Source of the DNA: Toensbergia leucococca
Taxonomy: Eukaryota
Direction: 5' to 3'
Length of the DNA: 64,000 nucleotides
NCBI GenBank assembly: GCA_022813965.1
Contig: JALDZS010000001.1
Span: forward strand, 434,001 to 498,000
Part shown: positions 50,139 to 63,219 of the stretch, piece by piece
Layout: each line of letters opens with the position of its first letter
Numbering within the stretch: position 1 is the first letter of the stretch
Made by a program: the position numbers and the translations under genes
The notes under the pieces: model-generated
What the model was told of the DNA's origin: nothing
The model's database searches: none
What the model saw: the letters and a program-made list of their open reading frames with translations, nothing else

Positions 50139-51188
50139 ATGCCCCCTAGCAAGAAGCGCAAAATTGCAACAACTTCCATAGCGTATGATGAGGAAGACAC
50201 ACCGGCCACAGCAACTGCGGAAAGCACCGTTCTGTCTTCAGTAGCAGCGGTTTCTTCGACCGAGAATACAGACGGGTCAAAACCACCCTCTGAATCTGAC
50301 GTCGGAGATAAGACCCTGGATAGGCAACAAAAGTTCAAAGCCCTCCAAGCTCGCGCAGTACGTGAAATCCTCTAAGCGAGTGCTGCTCAAGCTTGCCATT
50401 CCGCAGAGTATGTACTCCGGCAGTGTTTTATATTCTAATTCAGTTCACAGAAGAAATCCGCAGAGCGGAATCTCAAGGAAGCGGCCGCTGAATCGCAAAG
50501 ACTGGCAACCGACCCGAACCTTCTTTCCTCTCTCTCTCGAAAGCAAGCTATCGCATCACACAACCTTTTGAAGGCTGATACTGCTGCTGCGGGTGAAGAT
50601 TTCGAGAGGAAGCGGGCATGGGACTGGACGATAGAGGAATCTGAAAAATGGGACAAGCGAATGGAAAAGAAAGAAAAACATAGAGAAGATGTGGCATTCC
50701 AAGACTACCGGCAGGATTCTCGAAAGATTTACAAGCGTCAGCTGCGGGAACTCAAGCCAGATATGGAGGGCTACGAGAAGCAGAAAATGGCAGCAGTACA
50801 AAAGGCCGCCTTAAGTGGAGGTCTTGAAATCGTAGAAACAGACGATGGGGAGTTGGTGGCGGTGGATAACAATGGGACATTCTACTCTACAGCCGATAGC
50901 ACTGATTTTGTCGAGAATAAGCCAGATCGAGCAGCGGTTGATAGGCTGGTCACGGACCTCCGTAAAGCGGAAGAGACACGTCTACGAAAACGAAGAAACC
51001 GAGGCATGGGTGATGACGACGGCGACATTACATACATCAACGAAAAGAACAAGACCTTTAACAACAAACTCGCTCGTTTCTACAACAAGGTAAGGCATCA
51101 CTATGATGTTTTACAATATATTTACTGACCATGATATCAGTACACTGCGGAAATTCGAGATAGTTTTGAGCGTGGAACGATGATTTGA
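50139..51188 (+). CDS. SYF2: Pre-mRNA splicing factor Syf2, 3 exons
   Basis: GEDFERKRAWDWTIEESEKWD; DITYINEKNKTFNNKLARFYNK|YTAEIRDSFERGTMI. Confidence 0.95.
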
Positions 51189-51303
51189 ACGGAGTTTCTA
51201 AAACAGGAATGAAGGGAGGATACCCTGCGCAGGAGGCCACCTTGAGAGACAAGAATATGTACATGATAATTTCCGGGGTGAATACCGATGATGGGACCTG
51301 ATG

Positions 51304-52308
51304 TTACAACATACCCCTTCTCCAAGCCTTGTTCGCTAGCGCCTCAATGTTGCTTGTACCCACAACACCTTTCACGCCGTCATCACCAATAGCCTCCACG
51401 ACCGCTTCTGCAACTACATCGGCTTTGAGTGGCTTCTCAACGGCAGCACCGCCCAGCCAAGTCAGCCGGCCCCCGACCACTGAGTTTACCATGCTACCTG
51501 CGCCGCAGGCCAAAGCCATCCCGTAGGTTACTGGGCGACACGAGTCGTAGAGCATACCAGGCCTGATGAAGATACTTCGAAGCTGGGGTAAGGCAGAAGC
51601 TATAGTGGATTCTGCTTCCCTTTTGGTGGTAATATAGCGTGTTGGCAATACCGGTGCTCCTCCTGCTGCAGAGATGTAGACGAATGATGGGACTTTCTGG
51701 AATGAAGCTTCTTGGGCTAGCGTGATCGCTGGGTAGTGCCAGAACATCAATACACAAAATCAAATCATCTTGAAAGAGATTGGATCTTACCAGAATCCCT
51801 ATTCATCAATTCATACGTCAACTGCCCATCCTTCTCCTGCGGCTCTAACGACTCCCCTTCCTTCCTCTCTAACGGATTCTGACTGCCCCCCTTCGTAGCA
51901 CTAAACGCCCTCGATAATCCTGCAAATATCGATTCCTTCCCCGTCAACACACCTTTATAGTCTGCCTCCAAAAGTATGCCCATTGAATGCACCACCGCAT
52001 CGGCATCTTTGAGCATATTTTTATACGTTGCAGGTTTGAGTAGATCTGCTTTCTGCCATGACACGGATGTTGACCATGCTGGTGCGGTGGGTGAAGATGT
52101 CACGGCTGACCAGGTAGGTTCACCGGAGCGGCTGATGGATGTTACGTCCCAGCCTCGTCCGACGGCTACTTTGCATATTCTGGAGCCTTGGAGTTGCTGG
52201 CTTTCAGCTTCGGATGTTTCTTGAGGGGAGGAATCTGAGGAATTTACCTAGGAAGCCATTGCCGCCGCAGACGACGATGGTTTTTTTTGCCATTGTTGCT
52301 TGAGACAT
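51304..52308 (-). CDS. COQ11: NAD(P)-binding atypical SDR, Coq11-like, 3 exons
   Basis: IVVCGGNGFL|GSRICK; AVVHSMGILLEADYK; TYELMNRDS; FVYISAAGGAPVLPTRYITTKREAE. Confidence 0.8.
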
Positions 52309-52803
52309 GGGTGATTGTGACTGCGTAGAGGGTTATGGGGTAGAATGTATGAGGCTTTTGGCAAAGCTAAGACGCCGCTTGTCTCTGTGTCATATCAACA
52401 GATGGTGCTTCCTGCACTTGAATTCCGAGATGGAAGCAACGGGATCACAGTGACGGTAAGCTCGCAGTCTGTACTCTGCAGATTTGAAGGTTTTGGGAAA
52501 TCGATTGGGAGCTCATGACGACGGCCATAAATTCCAAAAGCGGCCTAGGACAACGGCCGAAAAATAACGTCGCCGACTTCCGAGATCTAAATCTCGAAAA
52601 GGACGGCATGTTTCCCAATAGCCCTCACCCTCACCTTGAATTTTTCTATTTATCCCTCGTTTGTATCTCAATAGGTTCATTTATATTGTACTTGGAGTCC
52701 TCTTATCATGTCTCTATAAAGGAAAATTTTACAGTCGCTACACTCGGAAAGTGCGAGGCACTGCGAAAGGGGGAAGGTGAGCTCCAGTGAATTCACAAGG
52801 GGA

Positions 52804-53804
52804 ATGCCCGCTCCAGCAGGCACGAAACGTGTGAAGGTACGAATAAATCTTCTTTGACACAATTTTTTTGTGTCATACACCCCACAAATCCCGTTACTAC
52901 CAACAAACACCCCATCCCTCAATCTCCCAACCCCCAAACCCCACAATGCCGTACGACAGATTTGCTAAAACCCGCGTCAAGGGCATCTCCATTTACCGGC
53001 CCTTCGGTACATATTCCCAATCCCCGCACCCCCTCCCCGCCCAATCTCCCCTCCGCTTAATAACCCTCCTCAAATACAGTCTACGGCAGCATCGCCACCC
53101 CACTCGACCCCACAACCCGACCCCCGTCCACAAACGCAGATCACACCCACCGCTGGACCGTCTACGTGCGCCCCATCGATCCCTCGCAAGACATAACGCA
53201 CTGGCTCAAAAAAGTGCAATTCAAGCTGCACGAAACCTACACCAACAGCCTGCGCACCATCGAATCGGCCCCCTTTGAAGTCACCGAGACGGGCTGGGGC
53301 GAGTTCGAGGTGCAGATCAAGCTGTATTTTGTGCCGGAGGCGAACGAGAAGGCGCAGACGCTTTGGCATGCGTTGAAGTTGCATCCGTTTGGGGAGGGGG
53401 CGGAGGGGGTGCGGGAGAGGAGGGAGAGTGTTGTTTGTCAGAATTATGAGGAGGTTGTTTGGAACGAGCCTGTTGAGGCCTTTTATGAGGTTTTGACCGT
53501 CGGTGGTGGTGGTGGGGGGGCGGGTGCGGTGCAGGGGCGTGGAGGGGGGAAGGGGAGTAAGCAGAATGCGTTGATGGGGAAGAGGGGGGGAGGGGAGAGG
53601 AGCGCGGAGATTCCGTATGCGGGCAGTCGGGAAAATCCGTATAGTCAGAAGACGGAGGGGGCGGAGCTGGATCGGTTGGTTGAGGCGAGGAAGGTTGTGG
53701 AGGAGATGGTGAGGGGGGAGAGGGGGAAGCTGGCGGAGAGGGAGAAGGTGCTTGAGGAGTTGAGAGCTAGTGAGGCGAGGGCTGTTAGGGAGGCTGACAC
53801 TTAG
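52804..53804 (+). CDS. YAF9: YEATS-domain protein Yaf9 (NuA4/SWR1), 3 exons
   Basis: [56 protein letters not shown]. Confidence 0.95.
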
Positions 53805-55125
53805 GAGCGTTTGGGGAGGTTGATGCTTGGAAAGTAAGGTTTTGGGAAGGGGGGTTTTTTTTTCTATTTGGGGCTTCTTCTTGGACGGAGAGGGCTTGGT
53901 GCGTAGGCGTTTTCACATTTCGGGTGGAAATACCCCCTTGGTGTACTCTGTTTCGTTTTCTTGGGATTGGATACCTACTGTCAGATGGGTATACTTTCAT
54001 TTTTCCTACCCAAAAAATGGACCGCTTTGACCTTTCTCTCTCCCTTCCTTCCTCTTTAGCATCGGCATCGCCATCGTTGCTAGTTGAAACGCCTACCTAC
54101 CTAATCAGTTCTTGAATCAAATTCTTGTCTGAATTGGGGTTGTTGCACCTTGTTTTTTTTCTTTCTTTATCTTTTTGTTCTTTTGGAGCCAGGTCTGAGA
54201 ATGATGTGCGCTGTTGTATGTGAACCGTGGGAGGGAGGATGAAGTATTATTTAGATTTTAAGTGAGGATGATGAGGGGGGTTGAGTTTGAGTTTGAGTTT
54301 GAGGGGTTTTTGTGAGTTATGAATAGATTTGATTGAAGAAATTGATTTGTGTTTTGGTTTTTGAGGGAGGGAGGTGTGAGGTGTGAGGGTGTGTCAGGGA
54401 GGGAAGGGGGGGATTGTGTGAATACTGAATGTGAAGAGTGAGTGAGTGAGTGAGGTAGGTAGATTATTTTTAAGGTGTTTGCTTTATGAGTGATGGTCTG
54501 AGCAGTGAGAGTAGATTTGTCTCATTTTGTCTTGTCTTTTTTTAGGAGAAGAGCTTGATTGTTTTTTGTGTGGTATTCTCCTTTTCTTCTAACCTACCTT
54601 CACACTCAATGTTTTAATACTCTCAATGAGTTAATCTTAATATTCAGATCTTTGTAAACAATTCTTTGTTTTATGTGACTCACATACCCCCTCACTACTT
54701 ATACAACCCTTGACAAAGTTTATTGAATTGAGCACATTGAGGGGATTTAGGAGTTTGATGACGGGATGAGGGATGAGGGGTTTGAAGTGCGTATATGTGT
54801 AGAGGTGTGTTGAATTTGTGGTGTGTTAGTAGGAGCAGGGAAGGGAAGGGGATTGAGGTGAGGTGAGGTGATTTGGTGATGGTATTGAGGTGTTGAAAGA
54901 GAGGATTGTGTAATAGATTAACATTGGTTTGAACTCTGGTCTGATGGGATGGAATTAATTCTGAGGTCATACCTTAACTTCGGACACCTTCTTCAAGGGA
55001 AAAGCCCCTTTCTCGCAAGAGCAAAAGCAGGAATGAAAGCCTTCGGAAGCCCTTTCAAAAAAGGAATAATTCAATGTCGAAGCGATTATCCTCACCTTGC
55101 ACACACATGCTCTTTTCTCTCCTCT

Positions 55126-56093
55126 CTAATCATCCGGATTGAAACTTTTCAGCCCCGTTCCCTGAATCATCACGTCATCCTAAAAAACATCAGCATCTCA
55201 AGACTGTTTTGCAAGAAGGGAAGAGTGAGAAGGGGTAAAAATCTCTCACAGGCATAGCCCCTTTCCCCCTTCCCACCACCTCAGCATCCGTCCCCCACCA
55301 AATCCTACCGCTCTTACCCGCCAAAACATCCTCAACAACTCTCTCAGCATACTCCGCCGTCTCCATCCTCACCACCCCATCGTCCCCACGCCCTCTAGCC
55401 GCAATGATCCCCTCAATAGCTCGATATTGCGACTGGGACGGGAGTTTCAGCTCTGGCTGATTGAGCTGCAAGCGGGACTCAACGATACTGGTCACGACGC
55501 TGACGACACGCACGCCGAGGGGCTGTAGTTCGAGACGGGCGGTCTCGCTGATGATTTCGAGGGCGGATTTCGAGCTGGCGTAGAGGCCTGGGGTTTTTCT
55601 TTTTCCGTTAGAGGCTTTGGTCGAGGTGCTGGAGGCAGGGGACAGGGATCGACGCACCCATCCATGGGACGTTGAGGTGGCTTGTTATGGAGCAGATGTT
55701 GATGAGTGTTCCTTTGGCTGCGATCAACAGTGGGGCAAATGCCTGTATGACGGCCAAGGCGCCCCTGAAATTGATGTCGTACATTTTCTTTGCTTCGTCG
55801 ATGTTGGTGTCCAGGATTGGCATGAAGAGTATGCTGCCAGAGTTGTTGACTAAGTAATCCAGGGTTCCCCCTGTTTTGGCCTCGACGACCTGGACTGCGG
55901 CCTTGATGTCGGCGGAAGAGGTCACGTCGAGAGAAAGTAGGGTCATGTTGGGGAGGGTTTGAAGATGGAACATCTTTGATGTTGTGCGAGTCGTGGCGAA
56001 CACGTGGATTTCGTGGGAGTGGAAGCTCCGGGCCAGAGCGGAACCTATGCCACCGGCGCTGCAGCCGGTGATGAGAACTGTTTTGGGAGACAT
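55126..56093 (-). CDS. Short-chain dehydrogenase/reductase (Ayr1-like), 3 exons
   Basis: TGCSAGGIG; LDYLVNNSG; catalytic YASSK; last exon DDVMIQGTGLKSFNPDD*. Confidence 0.85.
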
Positions 56094-57435
56094 GGTGCTG
56101 AGGTTAGACTAATGCACTGTGGACGAGGTTGCAAGACAGGAGGTGAGTATATACCTATGCCTCATCTCTTTGAGGCCTTCTGTCGCGGTCATGACTGAAG
56201 CGATGATGGTAATGTTTTCAACATCAGCACACAGCTCATTTCCCGTTTTCCACTCATCAGCGCATGGCGATGCCATCTAATTGATTGACAGGCGGCGATC
56301 TCTCTCACTCTTGGCGGGCATCTTGAAATACCTGGCAAATGACATCCATCTGGATGTTCGGCACACTCACTCGTAGTACCCTCATATGATAGCCATAGTG
56401 TATATATGTACATCTTGACTTTATGGATCGTTCCCAACTTGTTCGTCCGTGACCTTGGAGTGGGTCGGACACTCACTCGTACCGGGGCGGTTGCTCGCAA
56501 CATACCCCTTCACGGCCTCTCAATTCACCTGCCGGAGTATGGCTTTCAATGCTTGCCTCAATTTCAAGGAGGAGATTTCAAGAGCTGAGGTGCACAGCGG
56601 CTGAGGATATAGGATGGAGAAGGATATAGGAAGGAGAATTTGGGAACTGAGGTGAGACAGAGAAGAGCTTGCGAGGGTAGTACCCTCATACGTTAAGGTA
56701 AATGGTGGAATGTTAAGGTATGATTCTTGTTGGAACATTCACCCGATATTCACTTATTCAAGTCATTCGACCGTTGGGATACCTAGGTAATCAAATACCC
56801 AGCATATTTCTAGCTATCAAACGAACAACCTGGAAATCATACATTTCTCTTAGTTTGCATCAATCCTTCGGTGCCTTTGTGAAAATATCTTGAGAAGCAG
56901 CGACATGATGGTGTAGATAAACGGATGTATTTGGAGAGGCTGCTTACTAGGGAACGTAAAACATTACTCACTGAACCCCTCTGTTTGTACGACATTCTTG
57001 CACTCTTCTGGCCATCACCAGTATACGCTAAATAATGGAATACCCATCTTCTTCCTTCACATCTACACCAATTTGCTTTTGACGTGGTAGAAAAAAAAGG
57101 TAAGAAACATTAGGGAAGAGAGGGAAGGCAAGGGAGGGATGGTGATGTTTTAGATCCCTGGAGGAGTATAAGAAACAAATGAGTTGTGTTAGGGTAGTCA
57201 GTGATGGAGTAAGAGGGGTGGGAAATCTGGGAGACACTGAGTTCTTGGACTTAATCAGGAAGAGCTCAGCTTTCTCACATTAAGATAGTTGTCAAGAGCT
57301 TAGAGTTGCTTGGACAACGGGAAAAGAATATCAAGGGTGGAGCTTGAGAAATTATTGTTACAGATTAGTTCTATATTAGAATCCTTCTAGGTCGTCTATG
57401 ATGTCCGTGGCAATTCATAATCTGGGATGACTTTT

Positions 57436-58505
57436 TCAGAGAGAAGCCTGTCGCCCATAAACCTTGACCCTCTCCTCCAAAGGTTGGAAGGTCTTTTCCT
57501 TGGGCTGGCCGCTTGGTTTGCCGAAGACAAGTTGGCCTTTGAGACTCCATTCGGTGGGGACCTTCCATTCGCTTTGGATACGGCTATCAACCAGGGGGTT
57601 GTAGTGTTGGAGGTTACAACCCAGGCCCTCAAGTTCAAGGGCTGTCCAGACTGGGGTTTGGGGGTTAGTTTGATAGATTGGACTTCGGTGCTAGCTTTAG
57701 GTAGGAGTAGGAAACCGAAGGGGGCTTACCTGCGTATTGGAGCATGCCGCTTGATTGTTCGGACCCTAAAGATTCAGTTGGTGAGACTGGAGAATGGTGG
57801 ATCGGGGACGTACATTGAGGGAATTTATCGGCAAACATGGCCCATTGGGTTGCGAGGGTTTTGAGGGGAGCGGGATCTTCGTAGAAGAGTATCTACATCG
57901 CCATCCCATTACGATCAACAAGCTCATGACGGGAGACTCGCAGGCAAATTTACCGTCCCGTAACCAGCTCGAAATCCCTCCAGTCTCGGAGCAGATTGCT
58001 CGAACTTTTCCGCCGGAAGCATGGCTTTCAGAATCTCCATGGTAAAATCCCACAGCTTGACGTGGTCTTTTTTGAGGAGCACAACGACACGTCCAGATTG
58101 GGCATTGAACGGGCCTGGAGTGTGAAGCACGGAGTGGTTTACTATTTCCTCGATACGGGCGTCAGAGATGGGGGACTCGGCGCTGAGTTGGTAGAGCGAG
58201 CGGCGGGCTTTGGTGGCATCAAGGAAGGGCTTTGCGGAATCCATGACTCTTGATTGTTGAGAGATTGAAAGGTTGCGGTGAAATGGAGAGTGAAGGAGGG
58301 ATGGGGACGAAGGGAGCTGGTTACAGAGAGTGTTCAATAGCGGGAGTCGGTCGATGATTGGTAACGATCGTCTGAGAAGATGTGACGCCATAGGCTGTAT
58401 GGAGTACGGATACGAGTAGCGAGTCTGCTGCAGAAGCAGTATCGATGATATGATTACCAGCGACGGTAGTACGAGGAACCGGATCAACTGGCTTCGAGGC
58501 GACAT
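57436..58505 (-). CDS. Nitroreductase family protein (Frm2/Hbn1-like), 4 exons; start codon uncertain (58505, 58391 or 58244)
   Basis: ARRSLYQL; HTPGPFNAQSGR; GYGT|ILFYED; WTALELEGLGCNLQHYNP; WSLKGQLVFGKP. Confidence 0.88.
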
Positions 58506-59143
58506 GACTCCACGGCCTCGATTAGATGTGAGGGTGATGACGGCGACGTCATACTTCCAGATCTCAGCCTATTGCGAGTACGAGTAGCTGTGAAATAGCA
58601 TGTCAGATAGATTTCCTCAACACCAGGACCGAGGCGGATCGGTGACCGAACGTTCAATGGCGTGATCGAGGAATCGTTGTTGCATCTAGGACACTGAAAG
58701 GCTTACATACTCTACTCTATAATAGTGCAATGGCGAGAGGGCAGTAGAAATATGTACGAGTATTTATTATAGTCTTATTTTCTGCAACCAACAGCTTCAC
58801 CGTCAAGAAAAGAGAATATACCACTTTAATTTGGAGATCATGAATTATTTCTTTCAAGATCAGTGGAATAGAATAGAGTATCTGAAATGCCCTGTTAGAG
58901 AGCACTGAACACCTAGCTAAATTGCTAGAGAATTCAAGCTTTCATAATTCAACGTCATCGAGATCTAAAAAGGCTCCTTTCAATACCCTACCACGCTCAA
59001 TTTAAAGAAATACATCGCTACCTGCTTGGTTGGTCAAACTTTGCTTTGTGCATGCTAATACAATAACCGTAGATCCTGCGCATTTCCAATGCACGCTGTT
59101 CTTTCTTTAAGAAAAAAGCCGTTAAAAATAGATAGATAATGTG

Positions 59144-62058
59144 TTAGCTCAATTTCGTCCACTTTAGTTGGAGTGCAATTAAAATCACTGGTAGTACGCT
59201 CACAATCTCCCCTAGCCCGGCATACTGAGGCGGTATCCGAGCGTGGACAAACGCCCCGGCCGCCAGTAGGATGGCCACAAGGTTATAGAAAAAGCACCAC
59301 ACAAAGTTGAACAAGATTCGACGATACGAAGCCTGGGAAAGATCGATGAGGACGAGAACACCTGATAGAAAAGGCCGGAGGAGCACTGCGTCCGCGGCAC
59401 TCTGGGCTACGTCAGTCCCTTTGTTCACGTGGACGCCAATACTGGCTTGAGCAAGAGCGACGGCGTCGTTGGTGCCATCCCCGCAGAAAAAAACAATATT
59501 TCCTTCGTTACCCATGATGTCTTTGATATACTGCTGCTTGTTCGCAGGGGTACATCTGGACTTGACCTGGGAGGCGGGTAACCCGAGCTGCGAGGCCGCT
59601 GACTCCACTGCGCCTCGGTCGTCGCCGCTGACAATAGAAACAGTGATGCCGCGTTGGTGAAGCTCGGAAATGACGGAGACGGCATCGGGACATAGTGAGT
59701 CTTTGAGTCCAAAGATGGCGAGGATTGTGCCCCTGCTGACTACGCAGAATACCGTAAGATTCTTGGAGAGAAACAATTGAACGAGCGGTGATTCTTCAAG
59801 ACCTAGCCATCGTGAATTTCCTGCACGAATGATGCTATCATTCCAGATACCCTCAACCCCTTGGCTAGTCACCGTCTTCACATTTTTCACATCAGCAGGC
59901 AGTACACCTATAGCCCTCAAGTGTCTTGAGATGGCCAAAGAGACTGGGTGCTTCACGTCAGACGTCAAACCTAATATAGCTGACCTGGTCGAAACTTGAG
60001 ATTCCAAAAAGTACTCTTCGGCGATTACAGCCAATTTCCCCTGGGTAAGGGTACCAGTCTTATCGAACACAACGTGAACAACTTTCCGCGCGATCTCAAT
60101 CACTTGACCAGATTTGAAGACCACACCACGCTTGGCCGCCACGCCGCCAGCGATGACGACTACCATTGGCACTGCCAATCCAAGAGCACATGGGCAAGAA
60201 ATGATCAACACCGAGATAGCGTAGGTGATAGCCTGTACAGTGGCTGTACTTCCTGCCTCCTGCCGTAAAACTATACCTACTGAAATCCAGACAACCAATG
60301 TCACGACCGTGAGGCTAACAATGATTAGAACGAATAGTTGAGCCACACGATCAGCAAGCTCTTGTGTTCTCGGCTTTGAGAATTTTGCTTCGTCTACCAT
60401 ATCCGCGATTTTACTGATCGTGTTCTGACCAGGAAGCCGCGTCAGACGAATGACAAGTGACCCTGAGCCATTGACCGAACCTGCAAGCACTATGGATCCC
60501 GGTAATTTCTGTATGGGTCGCAATTCGCCGGTCATCATTGACTCATTGACTTCACTCATACCGGCAATGACAATCCCATCTGTTGGAATACATGAATCTG
60601 GCACGACTTTGAAAATGTCGCCGTATTGAAGAAGTCGCGTATCAATCGCTCCCGAGGTCTTTCCATCAGAGTCCATGAGAAGAGCTGTTGTCGTTTGTAG
60701 AGATTTGATTGATATTGATTCTACAGCTTTCTGGCGCGCCAGAGCACTGACAAACCGCCCAAGCATGATGAATGTTATCAGTAAGGTACTCGTCTGAAAA
60801 AATTCTCCTGTCGTGAGTGGATGACCCATTAATTGATAAATAAAGGAAACGACTGAGAATACATAAGCTGCGGTCGTGATGAGGACTATCAGTAATTCCA
60901 TCTCGATCACGTGTGTAAATATCAGAGCTTTGATGGCGCTCGGGTAGAACGGTCCAGCCACAACAATCTGAACGATGGTTGCCAATGCCAAAGATATAGA
61001 TGCATAGGTAGTCTCGCGCTTGGGAACGGGCGCCCAAGCCAAAACCAGAACGGGAACTGTCAGAACAGCTGAGAACAGTGTCATGAGCCCTACATTAAGA
61101 ACATGGCGATTTCCTGCTGCAAGACTTGCTTGAGACTTGATAGGCGCAAGCTGGACTGGTAGGTTGAAAATAGTTTTGAGTAAGTCTCTCGCACCTATGA
61201 TATTTGCGTCGTACATGATGCGGATAGTCTGTTTATCGAGTAGCACACTGGTAATAACTCCTGCTGGAAAATTCTGCTTGAGAAAATGAACCGTATCACC
61301 GACGACTTCGATATCTAGATCCTGTCCCTTTTGTGCGAGTCTCTCGCAGATGAAACCCGATGTTCTCTTGACAGCGCGTATAACATCATCGACGGAAATA
61401 ATGCTCAAGTCAAGATCAAATTCCGCCTGACACAGTATGAGACTTGTCCTTAGGTTTTGAACTGACGGAACTATGCTGAGTGATCGATGTAGCTTATTCT
61501 CGCAGCTTACACACGTGAGCCCTTGAACATTGAGCACAACATGCTCAAGGGAAGCAAATCCCTTCTCAACGTCATAGCTTGTCGATGCAGAGATTGCAAA
61601 AGCTTCCGGCTCCTGATGGACAGTAGGTTCTTTTTCTTCTAGACCGCAGCATGACGCTAGTTGCCCTGTACACTCCGCTGCTTCGGGTGTGAAATTTTCA
61701 TGATATCTTCGTCTAGAGGAGCTTCCTTGTCGGGACTACCCCATGATGTTGGCTGCCTTTGACATATCGCTGGCCTGGCAATGGGTTTTTTTGAAGCAAC
61801 GGCATCATCTCCGCTTGAATGAGCTTCCTCACCTGGTCTGCAACAGGGCATTGCGCAAGGTGTCGTTCTGGAAGACAAAATATCTGGATTGATAGCGTCA
61901 TCTTGATGATGAGCTTCTTTGTCTTGACTGCAGCATGATTTTGGCGGCGGCTCTACACATCCCTCAGTTACAACGCAAGTCGGTTTCGAGCTCAATTCGG
62001 AAGGTCTTTCACAGAAGCCCGGATTTCCACCCGTAAGAGATTTTCTGTCCGTTTGAAG
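59144..62058 (-). pseudogene. P1B-type heavy-metal (Cu) ATPase with a disrupted 5' end; main frame open 61735-59144, Cys-rich N-terminal part in another frame
   Basis: HMA GLTCVSC, TGE, CPC, DKTGTLT, HP, GDGTND and YN motifs; no ATG upstream of the HMA domain in the main frame; frame change near 61660-61735. ATPase identity is clear, pseudogene status less so. Confidence 0.7.
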
Positions 62059-63219
62059 TCAAGGTGCACAAGTGATGGAAAGGACTTGGTTCTGTAAGTT
62101 AACATTGGCATGGCTCGACAGCGCTTTTCAAGGACCTTGTATCTCAAGAGGACTGCAAGTTTGGCTCTCGACATCTAGGGTTGATTCATGTTGGTAGCGC
62201 ATGACTCTTAGTGGTTACAGATGCAATCACATTGCCGGTCCCTGCCGCCTCACCGATGAAGTGGGTTCAGAGGTTTCGGTATTCATGCTATCAGTACTGC
62301 CAGGGATTGGACGTGCCTCACCGCTAGATTACGCAGGTACGACTATCTTACTGTGTGAGTGTAGTGAGATGAGCGAGGCCCGCACATAGCCAACAAGCGT
62401 CCACTATCTGTTTACACTTACGCAACCCCTAAAAACTCCACTCAATTCTCCCAAGAATAAAGAAAAGCGAAAGACAGCTTACCGAGAGGACTTGAAATCT
62501 GTGAATACTCTAGAATGCTAGGAGAGTATACTTGCATTTGTTTTTCTCAAATTAAACAATGACATCCGAAGATGTGGTCAGGAAAACACTCAAAGCGTCC
62601 CTGTGACCTGTATTTTCTAAGTCAAGAAAACAAGGTTCCCTGATAGTGTGAGGAAGCAAACCCTTACGCAGGCGTCGAGGAACCTACGAGCTCGCACTAC
62701 ATGATCTGTTACCAGCATGATAGACGGTGTTGTATACAGTGGTCTAGTAGTGAAAACCATAAAATTATACAACAAAAGCTGTCCCAAGGAGGTGACCGAC
62801 GTCTGAGCCATGGGGACTCTAGCAAAAAAGGCTAGCAAGCTTACCGACTTATGCAATACTTTTTCTCGGTCTGTAAACCTTAGTATTAATGCTCGGTAGG
62901 CCTGATGATCACGATATATGGGCAAGGTTGGGAGAGAAGACAGACTTGAAGCTACCTGTAAGGTAGCACTCTGAAAGGTCAACAGCAAATGTAGGAAATC
63001 TGTGTGTCCGAGTTCTTACCGCCTTACTGTGAAATCACTCCAATCCAGAATCTGTGTATCAATTTGCCGTATTTTCCAGCTTACCGTTCTTAAACAAAAT
63101 ATCCACCTCGTCTCCAATCAAATATCTTTTGAGAGAACTCCTTCTCAAAACAATCTCAAGCACAAATCAAAAGTCCAGAATGAATCCTTGCTACGGCTGC
63201 AGTGACGAATGCTTCAGCG

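Noticed and set aside
54120..54950. GT/GA-rich AT-biased tract
   Set aside because: Low complexity; no element or gene identifiable
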